From Balanoglossus misakiensis (Eukaryota > Animalia > Hemichordata), in NCBI GenBank assembly GCA_040954595.2, contig CM082576.2:6885129-6949128 (forward strand): DNA of 64,000 nucleotides, written 5' to 3'. How positions within the stretch are numbered: position 1 is the stretch's first letter; every line of letters begins with the position of its first letter. Under the pieces are notes generated by a model, which was given only the letters and a program-made list of their open reading frames with translations, made no database searches and was not told the origin of the DNA. Positions 53,401-64,000 of the stretch are shown piece after piece. The position numbers and the translations under genes were made by a program.

Positions 53401-56400
53401 CTTTTCTTATATACAGCTACGATAGATAAAACGGGTTCCCGAACAAAGGCCAAGAGTTTGAAAACTTCCACTGTCATGGTGCATGCAATGTTAAATGCGG
53501 TGATGACCTAAATAAGGTGTCAGAATTTATTGGAATCAATAAGAGAGGCAATTATAAAGTACTAGGTTCACCCAAAGAGAGAGAAAAAACAGAGACACCA
53601 GCTGAATGAAAAAACTGATGTTGTAAATTCTCAATGTAACAGAGATGTCCTACACATTGTATCCAGTTGCTCTGGAACCATCATTGGTGATAGGTTGACT
53701 AGTGTGATCGAAGTTGGGAGAAAAGAGAGAAAAAAAAGGTATATGCAATGTTACTCTTTGCTGCTTGACTACAACATGCACATGAACTCCTAGAATGAAA
53801 CAGTGAGAAACAACAAGTTATAGAGTAAGTGCAAATGTTAAAATGAAATTATATTCGATCAATATACATGTGTTATGATTTGAGTTTCCATGCAACTTGC
53901 AAAGTTTAACACAAAATGTAGATATATAGAAACTGATAATTTCAGTGTACAGTACATGTATGTAAAGAACACGCAGTCTTAAATTAATGAAATGAATCTT
54001 GTGGCTTTAAGACTTGTATCGAGAGAATCCAGGAGGGGAAAAGTAAGGAAAAAACATCAGTTAATTAAATTGTCATTTTAGTTCCTTTATGCCCAACACA
54101 TGTGTGATCATAATTTGCAAAGTACAGTTCAATTAACACATTAATGATTTCCATTTGCAAAAATGTCAAAGCACTTCATAGAATCTGAAGTTGTCATTTT
54201 GAGATGTGCGTGGTGATAAGATAATGTGAAAATGGTGAAATGCACTTCAGTGAGTCTGATTCGGTTTATCGGTGTTATCACAATGAATAGTCATTACGTA
54301 AATGCTATGGACATTATTAAGGCAGTGATGAACCCCAAAGAGCCTTTTTCAAAAGCCCATATTGTGTGTTGAAGACAACATGGAAACCCCACTGTTGTAC
54401 GTGTACTCTCAGAAAGAACAGTAATTCTCAGAAAGAAAGGATATCTGAATTTTCTTGTCCTGTGGTACTCAGAGATTTTCAAGATATGGGGTACTGTACC
54501 GGGTACGTGCACAAGGGTTTCTACACTGACTGAAATGCACAATATGGGTTTGGAAAATAAATGCATTGAAATTCCCATCCGACAATGGTGAGAAAGGGAA
54601 GTTATTAGCAAGCCATATATCTAAGTAAACATGCAACTTAAAAACATGCAGAAGCATTAAATGAAGTACAACCGACTAAATCTTACCAGCATACCATATT
54701 GCACATCAGGGTAGTATATTTTGTGGAAGGGAAAAATACATCTCGTTAATCTAATTAACAGCTCATCTACAGATTACTGAGGTAGAAAAGACATGCAAAA
54801 ATTCTGTGGGTTTAAAACATTAGTACGGAATGTAAACGTGAAATTTTTCCATAAAGGCACATTTAGTGTTGATATGGTGTTGTTTTTGTTGTACATTATA
54901 TATTTGTATGTGGTACAAAATACCCCCTCATCCAGTTTAATAGCATGGTCAGTGTTGACTTGTCTTTCTGTTTGTTCGGTCTGCCTTACAATCACTGTTT
55001 CCATGACAACATCATCATCTTGTGATGTGGCAGGAAATTCGCATGACCTATTCATGAATGTCGGCTGATGCTTGCTGGTCATTTCCCATTTCCCGTGCAC
55101 AAATTAGCTTCGTAGAATTTTGTGAATGTGATCCACTGCAGTATTTTTTGCAAGTAAACTAAAGTCACTCTGCATGGCCATATTGTCACCTTTGCGTAAC
55201 GTACGAACCCTTAGTGTGACTTAATCACAACCTCGGAAATGAACTCGAACTATACAAAGAACCACTGTATGAAAAAAGGAACTTTAAAAAGAATCGCTGT
55301 TTGATTATGCTATTAATCAATATTCAATCCATCTACTCCGTGGTCGGCATTGACTGTCAGAGCCAAGCCGTAACATTCCAACGGTTCATAAAAATCCATC
55401 AGGAGGATCTAAAAATACCTGGCTAAAAAAAAATTCAAAGCAACATTACTTCAGACATTTGTCTCCTCATCGCATCTCTTTAAAACACTCTGCTCTATTC
55501 ACCATATTAGCTCATCAGACCGACAGCTGGAATTTAATCCAAGAAAAGGGTTGCTATTTGCAAACGCGACCTAATAATGATTGCAGAGCAATCAGATTAA
55601 AATCAGACCGGCTATTCAAGTTTTGACAGTGGCTGTGGTTCTGTACTTCAATGCGTGTACCTCATTAGATGACTATTGTGCAGCTTGTATTTATCCCGTG
55701 TATACATCAGGTAGATTGTGTTTTATTACCTGAGTCCACATCAAAGCCAGACATCATATCTCATTTCAATCAAGACCCCCATTACACTTTACTCCGCAAC
55801 ACTCATTTCTTCTTCATTACACTTGCATCAATCAACTTTATTCTGGCGCAATGTTTTTCGTCATTTGACAGAATTAACATACACACTATTCCCTGGTCGG
55901 GACACCATGCATTATTCTGGCCCCTACATTTGAAAAAATAAATCACTATGACAAACATGCATGCAGGTGACAGACAAATCCAAATGTGAGCAAATCTGCA
56001 GTGATGATTTAGTTCAGGCGGTGAACCGAAGGGAGAAACAACTGTTAAAAACAAACAGTATGTGTTGGATCACATACATTATCAATACAATGATCGATAG
56101 GCACAAGTTATTCTTGACAGCATGAAAATCGTTGTCACTGACATTTAATGGTGGAGGCGTCCAATGTCACACACCAGCACTCCAACACAGACAAGCTTAT
56201 CCAGCAGATGTATGTAGAAACACCATAAATGTCAGCATTGATCAAGTCATCCCCCATAGTAGCAGTAAAGGTTAAGGGAGATTATGTGTGTGCATGTAAT
56301 GTCTACTTGGTGGCGGCTAAGATAAAGACAGCTCTCTCATCTGCCTGACCACTTGGCTGCAGTAATTAGTGTAACTCAACCTTTGGAGGATTATATCTCC

Positions 56401-58681
56401 GGATAGCAGAGGATCAAGTGTAATCCCTGGCTTATCGCCGGTATGTTGCTGTATGCTGTGGATCTGAACAGGCATGCAAATTATTAGGGGCCTGGGAATT
56501 ATGGTCAGATTGCCTGGCAGTTCAATAAACTGACCAATGTATGTTGAGTCAGTCCACCACGGACTGATAGAGAAAAGGTTTCACTATTTTCAAAAGAAAG
56601 GAAATTATGAAATTTCCTTGTCAATAATGTACAACATTAATGAAATGGATTTGTGAAACTTTACTTTCTGTGACAATCACTGCATGTACACTTGTATGAA
56701 TACATTTTTTTAAAAGGTCATAATTTTCTGATTGACCGATGCATATCACTTTTCACCAGAGCACACTGGTTCATTCTGGAAGGAACTTTCATCTGATCGA
56801 AAATCACTGCAATAAATTATGGTCAGTAAAGTTTGACACCAATTAAACTTACTGATTTACTGAGCTTTTTAAGACATGGTTGTAAAATTGTAAGAGTGAA
56901 ATCCAAAATTCAAAAATTAAGTCACATTGAAACGACCACAGATGACTAATGTGCTGGTTTGCATGCAGAGCATGTATTTTAAAATGCCAAGGCATCACTG
57001 ATGGAATGACTGCAGTTCCATCTAAACAAGTTACAGTTTTCCCTGTATGTCATGACAAGTTTAAATTGTTGACACAGCTAGTATATTCTAATAGGGCTTT
57101 TACCTTTCATCCCCACGCTGGACTAGAGCGATGCGTCCATAGTCCCCAGCAATTTTTCTGCACACAGCAAAAAGTAGAAGAACGATCTGAAATAACAACA
57201 AAATTATCTTGTTTTTGGCAAAAAATAATGCGCGATACATTCACAAATTTCCACATCAACTTTTCAGAGTTTTAATAAAGTATGTTCCCTATTTCTATTT
57301 TGCCTGAAAACCTACAACTGTCTGCATGAATTCAAAAACAACATTGACATTTATCATCCGGTGGATACATCCATTGTCACAAACTCTTAACCCAGACAAG
57401 GTTATCTGGCAGATGTGAACACCGTGTACATGTCAGTGTTGATAACGTCATCCCCCATCGTAGAAGTAAAGGACATGAGAGATTATGTACAATCATTGCA
57501 TTACAATACAAGGGGATAGCAAATAATGAATTTTATTAAAGGTGCATTATTGAAATCATGGTTCTCATTTTTTTCCTGATTTTGAAAATATCTGGACAAT
57601 AAACACTTATAAAGCTATTTTACTTGCTGTGCGCTCTAATCAAACAGAGAAAATTTACACTACACTTCAATTTCTCTGAAATGTAATGATACTTCCTCTG
57701 ATGTAAAGGTCATGCTTACACACTGCAAAAGTGCTTAAATTGGACGCTATTTTTAAAATTTGCAAATAAAACCAGAGAAAAGCAAAGCACACATGAGGCA
57801 CTTATTCATAATAGCTTGATCTATGCAAATCTCTTAGATTAATATCTGTCTGATTGTGACATGAGTCAGCCTCACATTTAGACAGATTAGAAAGATGACG
57901 GAAATAATGTTCAGATTTATTCGCATGCTTAAAGAATCAATCGTTGCATTTAGTCATTCAAGCAACGCAGCAGTGCTCGTTCAATATTCCAGTCAATGGA
58001 ATCTACAGCAGGTCAAAGATTTGTTGAAGATTTCTGAGAAACCAGAGCTGTGTTCCCCACAAGGTTTTTTTTTCTAATTGGCATTCAACTGTATGAAGCT
58101 GCCCAAACTGGCCTCTCTGGTACGTGTCGTTGAGAATACAGTGGTAAATGTTGGATAGCAGAAATGGAATTATCACCATGGATATCGTTCAACTCTCCTC
58201 CAACATATCTAGCTTAAGTAGATCAAATGACAAATTTTAAAAGCTGTTTTCTTCAAAATGAAGGAACAATTTTTTTTAATAATTCATAACATACAACTAG
58301 AAAACATGTTTAAATAACATACTGGGAAAGTCATTAAAATTTCAAACAGTTGTCTTTTTAAATATCTCTCCATCATACAAATTGCTACAATCTTTGGCAG
58401 ACAATAAATTTAAAATAGTGGATGTACCTGTGTGAAAATCTGCAAAGTGTCACATGAACCAAATCTATGCAATTGTCATCTTATTGATTTTTATATGCCA
58501 CTTCACAAGTCAATCTTTCCACAAGAATGGCAAAACTGAATATACTCACAGCCCAACAGAGGATATTGAAGCCTAAATTCTGAGGTATTCCTCCGTAAAG
58601 CAGGTATCCTAAAGCTGTGCCATTAGCGCCCACCATGTCACACCGGCCGTTGCCAGCCATCAGGTTCCAGTGGTCGGCCAT
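44481..58681 (-). CDS. TMEM63: TMEM63/OSCA (CSC1-like) mechanosensitive cation channel, ~793 aa, 20 coding exons
   Basis: Exons 58681-58550, 57186-57104, 52073-51965, 51533-51496, 51252-51061, 50529-50418, 49976-49903, 49644-49564, 49205-49082, 48882-48749, 48424-48305, 47823-47765, 47377-47283, 47043-46850, 46606-46547, 46363-46201, 45919-45814, 45670-45503, 45342-45179, 44654-44481; sum 2382 nt, in frame. Motifs [76 protein letters not shown]. Confidence 0.96.
45066..45123. repeat. (ACACA)n imperfect pentanucleotide microsatellite
   Basis: aacacaacacaacacctcacaacacaacacaaaacaacactacacaacacaacacaac, in a TMEM63 intron. Confidence 0.85.
48528..48695. repeat. Degenerate ~20-bp minisatellite
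   Basis: About 8 diverged units of consensus GGCTGTCTAGAAAATCTATA (e.g. ggttgtctagaaaatctgta, ggctgtatagaaaatctatg). Confidence 0.75.
51606..51765. mobile_element. ~160-bp imperfect palindrome (foldback MITE-like)
   Basis: Left arm acaatctcaccccccaaggac...atcttacacg...gatatattttgtctcacac pairs with right arm tgagacacaatatc...gtgtgagaaatc...gtcttttgtgtgtgagattct around a central CAGCTG loop. Confidence 0.6.
56139..57488. repeat. Two diverged ~150-bp direct repeat copies (56139-56287 and 57345-57488)
   Basis: Collinear shared blocks: tgacattta, tcca(a/t)tgtcaca, cagacaag(c/g)ttatc, gcagatgt, atgtcag, gtcatcccccat, gtag(c/a)agtaaagg, gagattatgt. Confidence 0.8.
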
Positions 58682-61600
58682 CTTGTCTGTCCGTCCCGTC
58701 CAATCTGTCTGTCCTCCTGTCTGTTAGTCCTGATATTCTGCTAGATACGCACTGTCATGTCCAGGCCAGACTGACCTGCAAGAAAAGTTAAATGACTCCT
58801 AAAAGTTTGATCTAGACATGGCTTTAGTAAAATAGAAATAGCATGATGTGAAGCTGCCATAAATATATCTTCCAGGGCTATTGAAGCCAAAAGGCAAACA
58901 CACAACAAGAACCAAAAAACTTTAAACTATCAGAAAAGAATGCATTTTTCCATCATGTTTTACTACATACCAGTAGAAAGTTTCTTTTCCTTGCTCATAA
59001 AACTTTTCAACTCTCCAACTGTTCTGTACCGAAAGTCAAATTTTATGAACTTACTGATAGGACTGCAGTGTATGAGGTTTTGTGAAAAACACATCTAAAT
59101 ACAAACCCTTTACAACCTCAAATAAGTACACACTACAGAAGTGTTTAAATTCTGAGCTATAGATATGACTGGTACAGGGGAAAAAGCCCATATTCTTGGC
59201 AAATAATCAGCGTGTGTCAGTGAAGCTAGATAAATATATGTTAAAAGATGGCTCAATATACAGTCAGTCGTTGCAATTTTTAGGACAAAATGTATACCAG
59301 TATGTACGTATACATGCCAGTGATAGTGTGCTTCATCCGTGTCATTTTAAAAGTGTGTGTCAGGTATGCCACCAAATTGTAAAAACAGACAATAACCCAT
59401 AGTCAGGGTCAAGTGATAAAACAAATACCGGGCGGGTACTATTTGATCTGTTTACGAGTAGTTCAATGGCAAATGCATCAATTAGCAGAGTTGTTGTCAT
59501 AGGCTGAAAGAAATATCCCACTAGATATTTCAAGATTTGAGGACAACTCCAATTTATCACACACACCCTAATCAACTAGTTTCACATTTATGTATATATG
59601 ATCACAAAATACACGAGAAATGACTTACGTTTAAATCAGACTTGTACCAAATCTACATGATGTCAGTCATATATGTGCCTCAGTATTACAGCAGATGGCA
59701 CCAGTCAGTGGCTGAGCTTTTGATTTATGCAAATGTCATAAGCTGTTTTATATAGAATTTGACCACAGAGCTGTATTTCTTTTAACAATTATTATGCTAA
59801 TATTAGTGATAATGGATTAGACTTAACTGTCATTGTGGCTGTATTTGTTGTTTTTCAGTGTGAGAATTTTGCTGGTAATAGAGTGAGTATATTCTGTTGT
59901 TGATTAGCATAAAAAGAAACATACCTACTACATACAAAATGTCTTTGAATTGTTAATTTTAACTCAATATTGAAACATTTAGCAACGCATAATTTAAAGA
60001 GCAGTTACCCTTTGCCTGCTTGAAACATGTTGTGCAAACCATAATTTCTGTAATTCACATAAATGCGTAACCTTTACGAGGAAATATGCTCCTTTGCTTA
60101 AATTATTCAAATCACACAATCTGAAATACTCAACACACTGGCTTTTTAGGTCAATTTTCTTCCATTATAACTCTGAAATCTGAAATGGGACACTGGGCTG
60201 ATGTGTCCCACAGCAGCCATGCATGGTGAATGCATAATGAAGGTTAATTTCCTGTAATTTTTGCCAGCCACAAAAAGGAGAGTAAAAAATTTAATATCGC
60301 TCTGCCGATGCTGACTTCTTAGTATTCTGGGTGGACGCTGTCTGTCAGACAGAGAAGACGTGCATTTGGAGCAGGACGTAGTTTAGCCAATAAATTCTAC
60401 TTTGGTGACATAGATGTTTAACGTTCCTGTTTCCATAGCAACATATTCAGAATTAATTCCACATTTGTTAGGGTAGGATGACAACAGAACCGGTGTAGTG
60501 TTAAATGGAAAGAAATGCCATGAAAGGGCCCACAAAAAAGTGGACATTTGGTAATGAAGTGCGCACAGAGAGTATTATTTTAAGAGTTCTTACACCCGCC
60601 TCCAATTTAGCCATACATATATGAACAGCATATATAAACCCAGAGCTCTTATAAATCTGCTTTCATGCATGCAGATATGGAGAGTGTTTGGATGGAATGA
60701 CCTGAAAATATTACGCTCTGTTTGAAGTAGGTGTCACAGCAATGACAGAATTAACTGGAGTGACATTTGGGTCAGTATATCCCTGGGAGGCCCCCTGATT
60801 TCCCAGGGTGCTTTGCTACTATGATGTCGGCCAGGTGTGCTATGATACCGTTTCCAAGCGATGCCAATTTTTTTTTCTATCAGCCATGTTCTACTGTGAA
60901 CTCCAAAATCTAACACTTTCATTTCAAGATTATAAATGATTCAAATGCTGACATTAACATTATGATGCTGGTTTTATATTTTTTCCCCTTCTGAATGCTT
61001 GCTGCCACACAGGAAGGCAGTCTACAGAATTCATTATTTTCTATTGATTTCTTCAAATGTCAATACGTGAACTGCTAAAATGCTTTGTGTGTATAATTCC
61101 TCAATGGAGTGGAGGTGTACACAGGCGTTTCTGCAACACACAGTGAATAAAAAAAGCGGTCTTTTCTCAGTGAGGAGGCATAGGGCAATGGTGCTACGTA
61201 CTGTAGGGCTGAAATAATACAAAGATCATCTGAATAAAAAAAAATTATTTCAAGAACACTGGATCAGACAGAAGACATTACATTAATTTTGTATTTATAA
61301 TTTCTTGTGAAGAAAAATGTGCTGCTACAATAACGATTTTAAAGACATGTTTACCACTACAGACTGGTATTTTTAAGGTTTTCTTTTCAATCTACTGACA
61401 TGGAACCCTATACAGTTGCTCACGTCTGAAGCCAAGCAATTGAATGAACCAAAAACATAATTTTCTGAAGAATCTGATATTGTGAGCTGTTTATGTTTTT
61501 AATGAATTTGTGAGAAATACCCAGAAAAGCAACACAGACTACACTGAACTCAAGGCACATTCATTTTACTGATCAATTGTTATATTTGAACTGACAGGCA

Positions 61601-62201
61601 CCATTTGACAGGAAATTTATAATGAAATTAATAATTTTTGATTTATTATAAATAGCATAGATGACTGCTGTAAAGAAAATACACAGATATACACACAGAT
61701 TGAATATAAAAGCAGCTGGTAATAATAGATCACACACAGAAATATGAATAGGTTATAGAAAATAGATTACTAGAATGTGCTTTGTTTAGAAAATTTCACT
61801 TAATTGCCTAGTTGAGCCATTATTGCACAATGGTCTAGTATGGACATATTTTTGCACACTGAAGTAAAAATGTTTGTTCAAGTATATCTGAGAAGATGTA
61901 AAATTACATTTAACCTCAACTCAAAGAATTTGCCTTTTGAGTTTTAAAAAAAAATCCAGTGAGCTTAGGTAAGTAATTTCGCTAAACACTCACCTATTTT
62001 CAGCTGAAGTGTGTTTCCCGTGGTGACAACGCCTTACCAGCACAATCGTGAATTCATTCGAGGGGGGTTACAGCATTTAAGAAAAAGAGAAAGCGGGGAA
62101 TCTCCTGGATGTGTGTGGACGCGCAGTCAAAAGTAGCACCACGGAGCAGAAACACCCCCAAGACCCTGCAATATTCACAGATCACCAAGTAAATACATTA
62201 C

Positions 62202-62280
62202 CTTGGAACATTCCATTCGCTCGCGGAGGTCAACAGCGGCCGTGCGTGTAAGTCAGCACGCTGGCCAGCCCACAATGGAA
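62202..62280 (-). other. Probable non-coding first exon of TMEM63
   Basis: CpG-rich patch ending in donor CAAG|GTAATG at 62202. The ATG-containing exon has its own acceptor (TTTTCTTGCAG|) at 58775, so an upstream exon is required. The 5' boundary is approximate. Confidence 0.55.
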
Positions 62281-63779
62281 TCTGCTATCTTGGTTTTCAA
62301 TTATCTAAAGTGCTGCCCGGCCAGACACATTTTAAAAATTTGGGATTTTTATGCCAGTGGTGAGATAGGGAAAATATTTGAAGGCTGCCGGTATATCAGT
62401 GAATTAGCACGTGGAGCGAACCACATCCAATTACGGGAAATGTTGAAATGATGGAAATTCAATAATCTGTAAATGATATTTGCATAACACTGATATATGC
62501 ATCTCACTAGTCATAAGTAGCTTTAAATACAACAAAATATAATAATTAATATAACATGCGAAATGGTGTTTAAAAATGCATTTGTGCTTTTCTGAACTGT
62601 GTATTAAAAGAAAACTACATGTTGTAACAATCATTAATTTTTTTCATATCACCCGGCAAGGACATCCATGTGATTCTGTCCTCACTAATGGTGTAAACTA
62701 CCAAATAACGGTATAGAAGAAAAAACTTGCATTGACAGATGGGCTGTTCTATTATTAACCAAGGGGTGAAGGAGTGGGCGTACTGCAAGAGAAAAAATCA
62801 ATATCGTAGTGAGTGGTATGCAAACGTGTACATAAAGCTACTATGTGAAGTCAATATTGCAAGCAGCCATCAGCCATGATTTATGGCTATACACAAATTT
62901 TGACCTACCGACTCTGTCGTTGTGGGTTTTGATAAGTCAACATTATGATTACATGCTAGTACATGTACTTTTAGTGGGTCTCATGATTTTAAAAGGCAAA
63001 TTTGAAATACAATAGAATGAGTACATGCCAGGTTTATTATATCTGATATACATGGTTTTATAACAAAATACTGATGCAAGGTTACATTCATAGTGTAGAT
63101 TTCTGGAGATGATGCTGAACTTTACTTTTTCAAATTGCACTTCATCTTCTTAAAAAAAACAGTACAATTATTTGTTGTTTACCCGTGTCACATTACCCTT
63201 TTGTGGAATTGAAACTCAATAGTTTCCCTTGATTGGTAAATTTTGCTTTCTTCACGATGCATACAGTGGGCACAGGTGAAGTAGGCGTTTTTTGTTGTTG
63301 TTTTTTTGGGGGGGAAACAAACAAATAGACAAACAAACAAATAGATAAACAAACTAATAAGTAGAAGGGTAAACACACACCAATTACGAAAAAATGTGTT
63401 GTGAAACTGCAAACTTGCCAATACAAACAATAGTTAATAAGGTTGGAAAGAACATTTTCATCGGGAAAATAAGGAGATGCGAAATGTCAGAGGGAATATG
63501 TTTCTCACAATAGCAAATAGATGCATCCATCTTTAATATTAATTAACATTTTTCTGGGTAATAACACCGACTCACCGATTTTTATCAACTTTAAAATATC
63601 AAATTAAGCATCAATAAATATGTATCAATAAATACTTACATCTTTGCAGAGACTAGCATATCTAGTTGGATATATTCGTCTCCAATAGAAGAATTAAAAG
63701 CTTTATGCCAATATTCTAATTTCCCGCAATATATATGAACTAAGGCGTGACCTAATGTTGACCTTTATTTAGGACGGCT

Positions 63780-63925
63780 TTGTGTGCGTGCGCATGCGTA
63801 AAAAATTTTACGCTTCGCGATTCCAATGAAAGAATGATCTTGATTGGGTAGCATTTACATGAATAAGCCAATCGATACATAGCTTAGAACCAACCATATT
63901 AAAATGGCAGACGGCCACCATGTGT
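63780..63925. promoter_or_regulatory. Housekeeping-type promoter motif cluster, probably for the next gene beyond the window
   Basis: NRF1 (nuclear respiratory factor)-like TGCGCATGCG at ~63789, three CCAAT/ATTGG boxes at ~63823-63872, and YY1-like AAAATGGC at 63901. Confidence 0.5.
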
Positions 63926-64000
63926 AAAACCTGGCTCTGGGCTGCATCTGCTGAATGAAATAGCCAGAAAGAACGTAAAACAAGCAGAAATTGACGCTGA

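Noticed and set aside
55330-55388. Minus-strand segment [18 protein letters not shown], faintly resembling TMEM63 exon 2 (possible mutually exclusive exon)
   Set aside because: No phase-2 donor before an in-frame stop, and the similarity is too weak.
63904-64000. Possible start of the next gene's CDS
   Set aside because: The ATGs at 63904 and 63920 hit stops within 7-12 codons, and the frame open to the window edge has no ATG.

Overview
Eukaryotic, intron-rich animal DNA, most likely from a non-vertebrate deuterostome (inferred from protein similarity and gene structure; species not determined). Six protein-coding genes were reconstructed by hand with GT/GC-AG junctions and frame-consistent exon sums: EIF3K (+, 802-3183, one U12-type intron), an acylphosphatase (-, 4585-6765, 17-nt microexon), PSME4/PA200 (+, 7225-26289, 40 coding exons), an uncharacterised ~420-aa single-pass membrane protein (-, 31951-34401), a GPR75-like class A GPCR with an intronless CDS (+, 40808-41944) and a TMEM63/OSCA channel (-, 44481-58681). 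Main highlights: (1) an apparent invertebrate GPR75 orthologue in the same ACYP<->PSME4->GPR75 order and orientation as human 2p16; (2) an orphan protein built like a transmembrane adaptor, lying head-to-head with that receptor; (3) several RFX X-box motifs, three of them in the expanded last PSME4 intron. No CRISPR array, rRNA or tRNA was recognised. All homology calls come from recalled family sequences, not database searches.
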